Below the pieces are notes generated by a model, which saw only the letters and a list, made by a program, of their open reading frames with translations, searched no databases and was not told the origin of the DNA. A DNA stretch of 64,000 bases from Planctomycetota bacterium (lineage in GTDB: Bacteria > Planctomycetota > JAJSAM01 > JAJVHW01): positions 1,056,001 through 1,120,000 of the forward strand of contig CBDFJG010000003.1 of NCBI GenBank assembly GCA_965248445.1, given 5' to 3'. Positions 21,786 through 31,518 of the stretch are shown here, one piece after another (the first letter of the stretch is position 1; every line of letters starts with the position of its first letter). A program made the translations under genes and the position numbers.

Positions 21786-23066
21786 ATGCTCGATCCCGTC
21801 TTCATCCGCAAGAACCCGGACGTCGTCCGGCGGGGTCTGCGTGCGCGGGGCGAGACCGCGGACCTCGACTGGTACCTCCAGCGGGACAAGGATCATCGGG
21901 AGGTGATCGGAGAGCTGCAGGAGTTGAAGACCCGGCAGAACCAGATCTCGCCCGAGATAGGGCGCCGCAAGAAGGCCGGCGAGGACGCGGATGCGCTGCT
22001 GGCCGAAGTCGCCGACCTCAAGGCCGAGCAGAAGCACCTGGCCGAGCGTCGGGACGCTCTCGAGGACGACCTGTCGACCTTGCTCCTGCGCCTGCCCAAC
22101 CTGCCGGACGACGACGTCCCGCCGGGCCGCGACGACGACGACAACGTCGAGATGCGGCGGCACGGGGAGTTGCGTGAGTTCGCGTTCGACCCCAAGCCCC
22201 ACTGGGAACTGGGCGCGGACCTCGGCATGTACGACGCCGACCGCGCGGGAAAGATCGCGGGCAGCGGGTTCTCGCTCTTGACGGGGCAGCTTGCGCAACT
22301 CGAGCGCGCGCTCTGGAACTACATGCTCGACCTGCACACGCGGGAGCATGGGTACACGGAGGTCGCGCCGCCGTACCTCGTCCGCGAGGAATCGCTGATC
22401 GGGACCTCGCAACTGCCCAAGTTCGAAGTGCAGATGTACCGGTGCCGCGACGACGACTTGTTTCTCATTCCCACGGCGGAGGTGCCCGTCACCAACATCC
22501 ACCGCGGGGAGATCCTGAGCGAGTCCGACCTGCCGATCCGGTATGCGGCGTTCACGCCGTGTTTCCGCCGCGAGTCCGGCGCCGCCGGTGTCGAGACGCG
22601 CGGCCTGGTGCGCATGCACCAGTTCCACAAAGTCGAGCTCGTCGCGTTCGCGCGTCCGGAGGATTCGGGCGCCGAGCACGACCGGCTCTGCGAGCACGCG
22701 GAGACCGTGCTGCAGCAGCTCGGCCTGCCGTACCGGGTCGTGTTCGTCTGTTCGGGCGGCATGGGATTCGGTCAGAAGCGGCAGTACGACCTCGAGCTGC
22801 ACTCCCCGGGTGTGGATCGCTGGCTCGAGGTGTCGTCGGTGTCGATCTACGGCGCCTTCCAGGCCCGCCGGGCGGGGATCCGATTCCGGCGCGAAGGGGG
22901 CGGGAAGCCCGAATTCGTGCACACGCTGAACGGGTCGGCGCTGGCCATGCCCAGGGTCATGGTAGGCATCCTCGAGAACTACCAGCGCGAGGACGGGAGC
23001 ATCGAGGTGCCCGACGTCCTGCGGCCGTATATGGGCTGGCGCGCCGAGCTCCGGGCGAAGCGCTAG
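21786..23066 (+). CDS. serS: Serine--tRNA ligase
   Basis: LIPTAEVP, CFRRESG, HQFHKVEL and HTLNGS. Confidence 0.96.
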   Translation: MLDPVFIRKNPDVVRRGLRARGETADLDWYLQRDKDHREVIGELQELKTRQNQISPEIGRRKKAGEDADALLAEVADLKAEQKHLAERRDALEDDLSTLLLRLPNLPDDDVPPGRDDDDNVEMRRHGELREFAFDPKPHWELGADLGMYDADRAGKIAGSGFSLLTGQLAQLERALWNYMLDLHTREHGYTEVAPPYLVREESLIGTSQLPKFEVQMYRCRDDDLFLIPTAEVPVTNIHRGEILSESDLPIRYAAFTPCFRRESGAAGVETRGLVRMHQFHKVELVAFARPEDSGAEHDRLCEHAETVLQQLGLPYRVVFVCSGGMGFGQKRQYDLELHSPGVDRWLEVSSVSIYGAFQARRAGIRFRREGGGKPEFVHTLNGSALAMPRVMVGILENYQREDGSIEVPDVLRPYMGWRAELRAKR

Positions 23067-23142
23067 CCGCTCGTCCGTTCGGCTCCGCTGCGGGCGCTGA
23101 GGCGCCGCACGCAGCGCCATTCCGGACGAGGCTGGCCGCGCC

Positions 23143-23171
23143 TCAAGTCCCAAGCCCGCGAGACCCGATCC
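23143..23171 (+). promoter_or_regulatory. Sigma28/FliA-like promoter motif upstream of the GGDEF-like gene
   Basis: TCAAG-N16-CCCGATCC. Confidence 0.5.
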
Positions 23172-23249
23172 GGAGGGAGGGGCCCCAGGCTCCTCTGAGC
23201 CTCCACCGAGCCTCCGCCGATCCGCCCTTGGGCATCCTGAGAGACAACC

Positions 23250-24659
23250 GTGCAGATTCTCGCCTCCGCACCCGACCTCCAGCTGACCTGGTTCCACGCC
23301 GCCCTTGCCCTCGGCTTCGTGACGGTCGTGCTCGTGCTCGCCCTGACGCGGGCGCTCAAGGTCCGCATCCTGGCTCTCCGCACCGCGGCCTCGGCCCGTG
23401 CCGAGCTGGCCACGGTCGAGGAGCGCGTCGCGCTGCTCGAGCGGTCCGCGCAGCGGGACATCCGCGCGCAGGCGGACACCGATGTGGCGGTCGGGCGCGG
23501 CAGCAGCACGTTGCACGCCCTCCCGGGCGTGTTCGCGGAGCTCGCCGGCGCACACAACCGCAGTCACCTCTGCGCACACCTGGGACGCGCCATCGAGCGC
23601 ATCACCGAACCGGCGCAGTGGATGGTGTTCCTGGCGGACCCGACGAGCGAGGGCGAGTACGTGCTTCTGGCCGGCGCGGCGAACAACGGCCAAGCGTGGC
23701 CCGAGGGCGCCGTCCTCACCGAGCGGCACGGGCGTCTGGGCCACGCGATCAAGCGCGGCGTGCCCATGAGCGAAGACGACTTCCACGCCGAGCCGCCGAT
23801 CGTGCGCGACCGGCTCCGCACCGACGAGCCGCGTGGCTTCATCGTGGATCTCGCCGTTCCGATCCTCGTCGGAGACGACGTGGCCGGGGTGTTCTCGATC
23901 GGACAGGCGAGCATTCCCGACGAAACGGTGCTCGCGTTCGCGCAGTGCGCCGCCGCGATGATGAGCTCGGTGCTGCGCTGCATGGATGCGCGTGATCTCG
24001 CCAAGCGGCTCGAGGACAGCGACGACCTGACCGGTCTCGGCAACCGCCGCTGGTTCCTCGCGCAGGCGGCGGAGACGCTCTACCGCAACCGCGAACAGGG
24101 TGTGCAGATGTCGCTCGCGGTCTTTGGCGTCGATCACCTCCGCCGGTACTTCGCGGAGCAGAAGGTCGCGGCCACCGGGCGGCTCCAGCGGAGTGTCGCC
24201 GACATCGCGAGGACGCACCTCGGTCAGGGCGCGCTGCTCGCACGCTGGAGCGACAACGAGTTCGCCGTGCTGATGCCGGGTTGCGACCTGCGGGCCGCAC
24301 GCCTGACCCTCGACACCGTGCGCCGCGACATCACGGAGGCCGGCTTCCCGGGCAGCTCAAAGCAGCCTGGCGGAGCCGTCACCATGTCCGCCGGCGTCGC
24401 GGTCTGCCCGTGGGATGGCGTGCAACTCGACGACCTGTTGGACGCGGCCTACTCGGCGCTCGAGGTGGCACGCACCCGCGGCGGTGATCAGGTCGCCGGT
24501 ACGGAGTCGCGCGCCTCGGACTCGTCGTCGTTCTCGTTCGGTTCTGACAGCGACTCCGTCGCGTCGCTCGAGCCCCCCAAGGATCGCGTGCGCCTGCCCG
24601 CGGAGTTCGGGAGCTACGAGGACCTGACTTCCAGCGGTCGCGGCGGCGAAGAGGACTAG
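23250..24659 (+). CDS. Membrane-anchored GAF + degenerate GGDEF domain protein
   Basis: N-terminal TM; DDLTGLGNRR; RWSDNEF in place of RxGGDEF; VTMSAGVA. Confidence 0.8.
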   Translation: MQILASAPDLQLTWFHAALALGFVTVVLVLALTRALKVRILALRTAASARAELATVEERVALLERSAQRDIRAQADTDVAVGRGSSTLHALPGVFAELAGAHNRSHLCAHLGRAIERITEPAQWMVFLADPTSEGEYVLLAGAANNGQAWPEGAVLTERHGRLGHAIKRGVPMSEDDFHAEPPIVRDRLRTDEPRGFIVDLAVPILVGDDVAGVFSIGQASIPDETVLAFAQCAAAMMSSVLRCMDARDLAKRLEDSDDLTGLGNRRWFLAQAAETLYRNREQGVQMSLAVFGVDHLRRYFAEQKVAATGRLQRSVADIARTHLGQGALLARWSDNEFAVLMPGCDLRAARLTLDTVRRDITEAGFPGSSKQPGGAVTMSAGVAVCPWDGVQLDDLLDAAYSALEVARTRGGDQVAGTESRASDSSSFSFGSDSDSVASLEPPKDRVRLPAEFGSYEDLTSSGRGGEED

Positions 24660-24687
24660 GCCCTTCTAAGAGGGATATGCGCGTCCG

Positions 24688-25740
24688 CTACGAGCGCACG
24701 AGCAACCGCGCGCTCGCCTTCTCGACGAACCGCCCGATCCGCGCAGCGGACGAAGCGTTTGCCTCGCGCAGCGCGGCCTCGAGGTCGTCCGCACGATCCG
24801 CCGGACACGCGATGAGGAGGCCGCCCGACGTCTGGGCGTCGGCCATCTCGAGGCGCGCGTTCTCCGACACGTCGTCGTCGAACGCGCACCACTGCGACGA
24901 GTACGCGAGGTTCCGCTTCGTGCCCCCCGGACAGATGCCGGCACCGATCGCGTCGTGCAGGCCCGGCAGGAAGGGCAGCGCTTCGTAGTGGATCTCTGCG
25001 GAGATCGGATCCTCGCGCACCATCTCGAGCAGATGCCCGAGCAGCCCGAACCCGGTGACGTCGGTGCACGCGTGGACGCCCACCTCCATCATCGCCTCGG
25101 CGGCGGGGCGGTTGAGCGTCGTCATCATGTCGATGACCTTGCGCTCGACGTCACCCCCGACCTTCCCCTTCTTGATGCCGGTCGTGAGGATCCCGGAGCC
25201 GAGCGGCTTCGTCAGGAAGAGCACGTCACCGACGTGAGCGCCGGTGTTGCGTAGCACACGGTCGGGGTGCACGAGCCCTGTCACGACCATCCCGTACTTG
25301 GGTTCGGGGTCGTCGACGGAGTGCCCGCCGAGCACGCACACTCCCGCCTCTTCCGCCACGCTGTCGCCGCCGGCGAGCACCCGGCTGAGCACCTCGTGCC
25401 CGAGCGTCTCGATCGGGAAGCAGAGGATGTTCAGCGCGAACAGCGGCCGCCCACCCATGGCGTAGACGTCGCTGAATGCGTTCGTCGCGGCCACGCGGCC
25501 GAAGTCGAACGGGTCGTCCACGACGGGGGAGAAGAAGTCCAGCGTCTCGACGAGCGCACGCTCCGCGTCCAGCCGGTACACGGCCGCGTCGTCCCCTGTT
25601 TCGATCCCGACCAGGACGTTCGGGTCGGACCTCACCGGTAGCGCATCCAGCGCCCGCTTGAGGTCCTCGGCGGGAATCTTGCAGGCTCAACCGCCGCCGC
25701 GGGCGAGCGCGGTCAGTCTCGGGGTGGGGTTCACTTCCAT
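24688..25740 (-). CDS. selD: Selenide, water dikinase SelD, selenoprotein (in-frame UGA at codon 18)
   Basis: ATG 25740 reads MEVNPTPRLTALARGGG-UGA-ACKIPAEDL, in frame with the 315-aa ORF (DDAAVY, TDVTGFGLLGHL, DAQTSGGLL). Confidence 0.93.
25653..25674 (-). promoter_or_regulatory. Putative bacterial SECIS hairpin
   Basis: CCCGC-C-GAG-GAC-CTC-AA-GCGGG starts 12 nt after the UGA; apical loop begins with G. Confidence 0.55.
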
Positions 25741-26861
25741 TTCCCGATCCTACGGGAGCGCCGTGCCCGGGGCGAGAGTACGGAACCCCAGGTCGCCCGG
25801 CTCCGTCCAGGCTGTCAGGGGGAGAGGGCAGGGCAGCCTCCGCTAGCCGCATCTGTTCACGAGACGTCGCGATGACGGTGCTTTCGGAGTCCACAGGGTC
25901 AGATCTTGGCCAGGCGAGGGCGGATGCTGTCGTCGTTGCCACAAGGGCAACGCGAGTGAGCGGCCGAAACGGCGCGGATTCTGCGGTGTGGGCAGACCGT
26001 AGGCCGGGCGGTGGTGTGGCGGACGGCGCGGCGGGACGTCAGGTCGGCTTCGGGGATGCCAGCAGTCGTTGCGCGCAGCGCTCGAAGACGTGCTGCCAGG
26101 GCCACGACGAGGACATCGAGACCCAGATCCGGCGCGTCGTGATCCGCACGAGCGCGCCGATCTTGAGCAGCCGCAGGCGGATCGTGCCGGCTTGCGCACG
26201 CGCCATCTCGGTGCCGGCGAGACCGATGCGTCGCAGCGCACAGGTCAGGACGTAGGCCATGGCCGACATGGCCATCCGCACGGCGTTGCCCTGCATCGTG
26301 TGCACCGACAGACGGGTGCCGAAGAGCTCGAGCTGCTGCTCCTTGATGCGATTCTCCGCCTCGCCCCGGGCGCAGTAGAGCTGCTCGTAGAGACGCTTGC
26401 TGCTCCAGCTACGAGGCGGCAGATTGGTCACCACGAAGCGGGGATTGCGCTTGCCGCCCGGCAGGTGCTCGGCCTTGGCGACCACGCGACGCCTCTGGCT
26501 CCAGCTCCCCAGCGTGGTCCAGGCAAAGTCGCGAAAGACCCGGGCTGCTCGGCCGGTCTGCACGGCACGGGCTGCGGCCTCATCGAGCGCGTCTTCGACG
26601 TGTCGCTCAAGGCGCTCATTGCGCGCCATGCCCAGCAGGTAGAAGTGGCCGGCGGCCTCGCACCAGGCCATCAGCTCCTCGCGGCAAAAGCCCGAGTCTG
26701 CGCGCACGAGCACCTTGGCCCGGGGCCAGCGGCGCCGCAGACGTAAGACCAGCGCACGGAGCTCGTCCACGACTCCGCGCGCGGGATCTCTGTCAGCGGT
26801 CTGGAGCCGAGCGAGCAAGAGGTGCTCGCCGCAGAAGACGTACAGCGGCAGGTAGCAGTAG

Positions 26862-27907
26862 CATGGGTATCGGGTTGACGACCGTAGCCACTAGATGTAG
26901 TGTCTGTGCCCTGTGGCGCGCCCCGGCTACCCTGGCAGCATCCTGGAATTCACGCGCCAGTTCGCCACCGAGCAGCAGTGCTTGGACTACGTCGTGCGCT
27001 GCCGTTGGCCCGATGGGTTTCGCTGCCGACGTTGCGGCGGCGCGAAGTCGTGGCCGCGCCCCGACCGCAAGGGACTGCGCTGCGCGGCGTGTGATCTGAT
27101 CACGTCGGTCACCGCCGGGACGGTCATGCACCACAGCCGGCTGCCGCTGCGCACGTGGTTGTGGGCCGCGTACATGGTGTCTACCGACAAGCGCGGCGTC
27201 TCAGCACTCGCGCTCCAGCGCCAGTTGGGGTTTGGCTGCTACGAGACAGCCTATCAGCTGCTGCAGAAACTGCGGACCGCGATGGTCGCTCCCGAGAGGC
27301 GCCCGCTCCACGGCGTCGTGGAGGTCGATGAGACATTGATCGGCGCGCCGTACCGCGGCCGCCCCGAACGCACGCCTTTGGACAAGGCCGTAGTCGTGGG
27401 AGCAGTCGAGGTGCGCCCGACGAAGAAGGGCGGTCTGCAGCCCGGCCGCGCGCGACTGCGGCACGTGGCCCGCGCGAAGAAAGAGAAACTGATCGGCTTC
27501 GTGAAGGATGTCGTCGAGCCGTCGTCGCTGGTGGTCACCGACGGCCACGAGACGTACGCAGTGCTCGAGGAAGCGGGCTATGAACACGGTGTGGAATCAA
27601 CATCGATCGGCGATGCGCAGGCCGACGTCCTGGGGCACCTCCACATGGTCTTCGCCAACCTGAAGACGTGGCTGTCGGGGACCCACCACGGTGGCGTATC
27701 GAAGAAGCACCTGCAGCGCTACCTCGACGAGTTCGTCTTCCGCTTCAACCGTCGCAAGACGCCGCAGGCCGCGTTCCAGACCCTGCTCGGGATCGCCGCG
27801 AAGGCGCCTCCGCACGGCTACGGCGACGTCTACGCCGGAGAGCGCGTGCGAGGCCGGACGCCACACCACAAGATGTAGGGGGTACGGTCGTTATCCCGAT
27901 ACCCATG
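26862..27907 (+). mobile_element. IS1595-family element (1046 bp)
   Basis: 25-bp TIRs CATGGGTATCGGGTTGACGACCGTA / CATGGGTATCGGGATAACGACCGTA; 8-bp TSD AGCAGTAG at 26854-26861 and 27908-27915. Confidence 0.95.
26913..27878 (+). CDS. IS1595-family transposase
   Basis: RWPDGFRCRRC...CAAC Zn ribbon; EVDET, VTDG and YLDEFVFRFNRR. Confidence 0.95.
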   Translation: MARPGYPGSILEFTRQFATEQQCLDYVVRCRWPDGFRCRRCGGAKSWPRPDRKGLRCAACDLITSVTAGTVMHHSRLPLRTWLWAAYMVSTDKRGVSALALQRQLGFGCYETAYQLLQKLRTAMVAPERRPLHGVVEVDETLIGAPYRGRPERTPLDKAVVVGAVEVRPTKKGGLQPGRARLRHVARAKKEKLIGFVKDVVEPSSLVVTDGHETYAVLEEAGYEHGVESTSIGDAQADVLGHLHMVFANLKTWLSGTHHGGVSKKHLQRYLDEFVFRFNRRKTPQAAFQTLLGIAAKAPPHGYGDVYAGERVRGRTPHHKM

Positions 27908-28925
27908 AGCAGTAGTGCCCGTAGTAGCCGTGGAAGAAGCGGCCCTCCTGCCGGCCGTGCAGCCGCACGTCGGAGTGGTCCAGGTCCAGCACGAGCAGGC
28001 CCGGATCCTCCGGCCCCATGGCCTCGCAGAAGACGTCGCTGAGCACGCTGTCCACGCGCTCCTGGTCCATCTCGATCTTGGCGTAGCGCGTCTGTGCCGT
28101 GGCGCCGAGCTGCGTGGTCTCGAGCCGCGAGAGCGTCGGGTGCGTGGCCAGAGCACCCTCGCGCTTGCCGCACGCCGCGGCAAACAGCGGGTCCTTGCCG
28201 ACATGGTCGTGGTCCACCAGATCCTCGTAGCCCGCGCACAGCCCGAAGACCCGCTGACGCAGCATCTGGCCGACCGTGTGCTCGACCCGACGCGGGTCCC
28301 GGTGGTCCCCGAAGCAGCGCGCAAACCGCGAGAGCAGATCGATGCGACGATCGGTCCGCTCGAGCAGCAGCACGCCCCCGTCGCTCGTCACGGTACCGGC
28401 GTCGAAGCGCGTCACCGCGGTGCGTCCACAGATGCCCGCGAAGAGGGTCCCCTGCGGGCTACAGTCTGTCGTCATCGGGCCGGCGCTCCTGTCGGTGCAA
28501 GTACTGGCGCGTACGAGCACTTAGACAGACGACGGCCCGCTCAGATTCCCGGCTGGTGAACGATTCGGGCTAGCGCCGCACACTCCCGCTGCCCCCGCTG
28601 ACGGTCTTACACGCCGCGGCGGCGCTGCGCAAGTGGGCTCGTTCATCTCCCGTTCATGTTCCCGTGTGGGGGCGGGAGACGCGGAGACGCTGGGCTCGGG
28701 CATCCAGATGCTCTCCTTCGCGACAGCCGCTCGCGACGTACCGCAGGTGCAGGTCCACCGCTACACGTGTGAACGGGCTTGGACGGGCTCGCCCGCCAAG
28801 AAATCCGAAACAGTCGGCGCAGCCAACCCACAGAGACGAGTCGCGACGGACCGGCTAGCGGTGCAGAAATGGCGCTGCCGCAACACGGCCTCGCCTCGGA
28901 GCGCGTGCCTCGAGGGGAGCACACG

Positions 28926-29429
28926 ATGAGCGAGCACGAGTTCAAGGTCATCCCGCCGGACGACGTCCGTGACCGCCAGGAGCGGAAGAAGGCCGTCATC
29001 ACCCGCGCGTTCGAGGGCGGGTCAGTGGAGGCGTTCGCGTACCTGTCGGACTCGGGGTTCCTCGCGGTCCCCGAGGAGCTGTGGGGCTGCACTGGCTGCA
29101 TGGAGGATCACACGCTGCACATGGACGGAGACCGCGCTCTCACCGTCCGGCCACCGGGATGTGGATGGCACCCGCTCAGCCGGCAGCAGCACGTCATCCA
29201 CGTCCCCACGGGCATCTCGCTCGGCCCCATCCCGGAGTACTGGCACGAGTTCACCGCCCTTGCACTGATGGACCTGTTGGACGGCCCCCGTTGGGCAAGT
29301 AGCGACCCGGAGCTGATTATGAACAGCCCAGGGCTGCACGAGTTCGTGAAGGCCGCCGCCGGGGCGATGAAGCCGACGTACGACCTGCTCGAGGAGCGGC
29401 GCCTCGCCGCGGAGGGGAGCAAGGCGTGA
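28926..29429 (+). CDS. Hypothetical protein of the integrative element
   Basis: GGAG RBS before ATG 28926; GTGA overlap with the next gene. Confidence 0.6.
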   Translation: MSEHEFKVIPPDDVRDRQERKKAVITRAFEGGSVEAFAYLSDSGFLAVPEELWGCTGCMEDHTLHMDGDRALTVRPPGCGWHPLSRQQHVIHVPTGISLGPIPEYWHEFTALALMDLLDGPRWASSDPELIMNSPGLHEFVKAAAGAMKPTYDLLEERRLAAEGSKA

Positions 29430-29794
29430 CCCGGCGCACGATCGTCACCCTGTGCGGCTCGTCACGCTTCATCGACGTGATGGCGGTCGCCGCGTGGCAC
29501 GAGGAGAAGGCCGGCAAGATCGCGCTCTCGTGCCACCTGCTGCCGGATTGGTACGGCGCAGCATCGTCGCACCAGGCGGAGGTGGAAGGCGTAGCGGAGC
29601 AGATGGATGCCTTGCACCTGGACAAGCTCTCGATGTCCGACGAGATCCTCGTGGTGGACGTCGATGGCTACATCGGCGAGAGCACCGCGAACGAGGTCCG
29701 GCATGCGACGCGGCTGGGCATCCGAGTGCGGTCCCTGAACCGCGAGAGCCCAGAGTGGCTCCGTCGCCTCTCCCGCACGAGCGCGACCGAATGA
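29426..29794 (+). CDS. Phage-type protein of the nucleoside 2-deoxyribosyltransferase-like fold
   Basis: IVTLCGSSRF...HLDKLSMSDEILVVDVDGYIGESTANEV pattern. Confidence 0.6.
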   Translation: MTRRTIVTLCGSSRFIDVMAVAAWHEEKAGKIALSCHLLPDWYGAASSHQAEVEGVAEQMDALHLDKLSMSDEILVVDVDGYIGESTANEVRHATRLGIRVRSLNRESPEWLRRLSRTSATE

Positions 29795-30132
29795 CCCTCA
29801 CTAACACCTTGCCGGAGATCCTGAACGCCGCGGCGATCGAGAGGCTGGTCAACCTGAAGAAGGCCACCCTGATGCGCCTGGAGTGGCGCCGCGCGCACAA
29901 CTTCCCGGGCCAGCGCATCGACGGGGACGTCTACGTCAGCCGGGATGCGTTTCTGGAGTGGCTCTCCGAAATGCCACCAGATCCCTCACCGCGAGACGCT
30001 CAGCATCCTGAGGAGCCCAGCGACCGTACAGACGCAGGGCCAGCACCCCGTGGTCCGCGTGGCCGAGCAACCGAGCTACTGTCGGCAAGGAACAGCCAGC
30101 TTGCACAAGATGAGAGGCGTACACATGCCTGA
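29791..30132 (+). CDS. Putative excisionase / HTH DNA-binding protein
   Basis: LPEILNAAAIERLVNLKKATL...FPGQRIDGDVYVSRDAFLEWL; ATGA overlap; convergent with the integrase. Confidence 0.6.
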   Translation: MTLTNTLPEILNAAAIERLVNLKKATLMRLEWRRAHNFPGQRIDGDVYVSRDAFLEWLSEMPPDPSPRDAQHPEEPSDRTDAGPAPRGPRGRATELLSARNSQLAQDERRTHA

Positions 30133-31033
30133 GCTGGTGAACCGTCAGCCGGACGTGCTTCGCAGCCGCGCACGCGTGGCCGAGCGCTCGCAGCATGCCG
30201 TACGGGGACCGCGGTGCGAAGACGGCCCCTTCCGGCGACTCAGCGCGCCCGTGCAGCGCGACCAAGGCCGCGAGCGCGTCGTCCGTCAACGGGACGCGAC
30301 GACGCGCTGCGGGTGTCTTCCCGCTCCTCACATACACGTTCGGGTCCTGTCCGGTCAGCGTGACATCATCCCACGACAGGGCGCGCGCCTCGCCGGAGCG
30401 GAGGCCCGTACCCGCGATGACCGTGAGGATGGGGCGCTGGAAGTCAGTCGCGTGCAACAGGAGCTTGCGCAGGTCGGCCGGATCGACCCACGGGACCTCG
30501 GTCTCGTCGGGCGCCTTGAGGACAAGGCCATCGAACGGGTTGACGTCCGCGAGCCGATGCGTGATGGCGTCGCGCCACGTGCCGCGCAGCGTTCGCACGA
30601 GTCGCTGGATGTACCCGGGCTTCAGCTCCTCGGCGGCCAGGTCCGCGCAGAACTGCTGCGCGTGAGCCGCGGTCACGCGGGACATCGGTGGATCCCCGTT
30701 CTCGGCCAGCCAGTTCGAGAACCGCGCGATGTGGACGCGGGCGCTGGCGCACGAGCCCTCCGCGAGACGGGAGCGCAGGATCGCCAGGTAGCTGTCGAGC
30801 GTCCACGCGAGCAGCGTCATCTCGACCGGCGGGGGCGCGTCCTCGTTCTCGAGCGCGTGACGGAGCGAGATCATCTCGGACTCGGCGGCGCGGAGCGTGT
30901 GTGCGCGCAGCCGGCGCATCGTCCGCTTGCCGGTCAGTGGGTGCGTGAAGCGGGCGTAGAGCCGCCCGTTCCGGCGCTTGATCGAGCCCCACCCGCGTCT
31001 GGTCTGCCGTCCCACTATGGGTACGGTACCCAT
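29936..31033 (-). CDS. Tyrosine recombinase (phage integrase)
   Basis: GLRSGE, SGKT, HQLRH, LLGH and LRLY catalytic motifs; adjacent to a tRNA 3' end. Confidence 0.92.
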   Translation of the reverse strand: MGTVPIVGRQTRRGWGSIKRRNGRLYARFTHPLTGKRTMRRLRAHTLRAAESEMISLRHALENEDAPPPVEMTLLAWTLDSYLAILRSRLAEGSCASARVHIARFSNWLAENGDPPMSRVTAAHAQQFCADLAAEELKPGYIQRLVRTLRGTWRDAITHRLADVNPFDGLVLKAPDETEVPWVDPADLRKLLLHATDFQRPILTVIAGTGLRSGEARALSWDDVTLTGQDPNVYVRSGKTPAARRRVPLTDDALAALVALHGRAESPEGAVFAPRSPYGMLRALGHACAAAKHVRLTVHQLRHVYASHLVQAGCSLPTVARLLGHADHGVLALRLYGRWAPQDAERLAVRDLVAFRRATPETHPG

Positions 31034-31079
31034 CCTGTTTTCCGATTTCAGCCCAATTCGAGCCTGAAAACTGTCGGAG

Positions 31080-31153
31080 TGGTTGCCGGACTAGGATTCG
31101 AACCTAGATAACCAGAACCAGAAACTGGTGTCCTGCCGTTAGACGATCCGGCA
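31080..31153 (-). tRNA. tRNA-Gln (CTG anticodon)
   Basis: Acceptor stem TGCCGGA/TCCGGCA+ACCA; anticodon loop TTCTGGT; T-arm CTAGG-TTCGAAT-CCTAG. Confidence 0.95.
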
Positions 31154-31275
31154 AACGCACCCCGCGAAGTCGCGTTCCCGCATCGCTGCGGGACGGGCGA
31201 GAAGGCTACTCAGGGCTGCGACTCAGGCAAGTTCGGGGGCACCGAGGCGATCGCCGCGTGCCGGACGAGCCGGGC

Positions 31276-31518
31276 TCAGTCCGCCGGTTCGAACGGTTCG
31301 GCTGTGGGGTCGCCCTCGACGGCGCGCCGCACGATGTCGAGGCGCTCCTCGGCTGCCGTGAGCACCTTGCGGCAGGCCGCCAGGTGCTTCATCGCCTCGG
31401 CGTAGAGATCGATCGAGTCCTCGAGCGCCACGTCCCCCGCCTCGAGGCGTTGCACGGCGCTTTCCACGGCCTCGAGGTGATCCTCGAATGCCGGCTCGGG
31501 CTGTTTCTTCTCGCTCAC
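31276..31518 (-). CDS. xseB: Exodeoxyribonuclease VII small subunit
   Basis: FEDHLEAVESAVQRLEAGDVALEDSIDLY; GTGA overlap with xseA. Confidence 0.9.
   Translation of the reverse strand: MSEKKQPEPAFEDHLEAVESAVQRLEAGDVALEDSIDLYAEAMKHLAACRKVLTAAEERLDIVRRAVEGDPTAEPFEPAD

Larger units (their letters stand above)
26039..28475 (-). pseudogene. IS1380 transposase split by the IS1595 insertion
   Basis: N-terminal part (28475-27908) and C-terminal part (26861-26039) match the intact copies. Confidence 0.92.
25847..28569 (-). mobile_element. IS1380-family element copy 1, interrupted by an IS1595 element
   Basis: Ends CCCGAATCGTTCAC / CCGCATCTGTTCAC; CTAG on both sides; 2723 bp = 1669 + 1046 + 8. Confidence 0.93.
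28574..31079. mobile_element. Remnant of a tRNA-Gln-integrated element (prophage/satellite/IME)
   Basis: Integrase, xis and phage-type ORFs next to the tRNA 3' end; other side bounded by IS1380. Confidence 0.7.
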
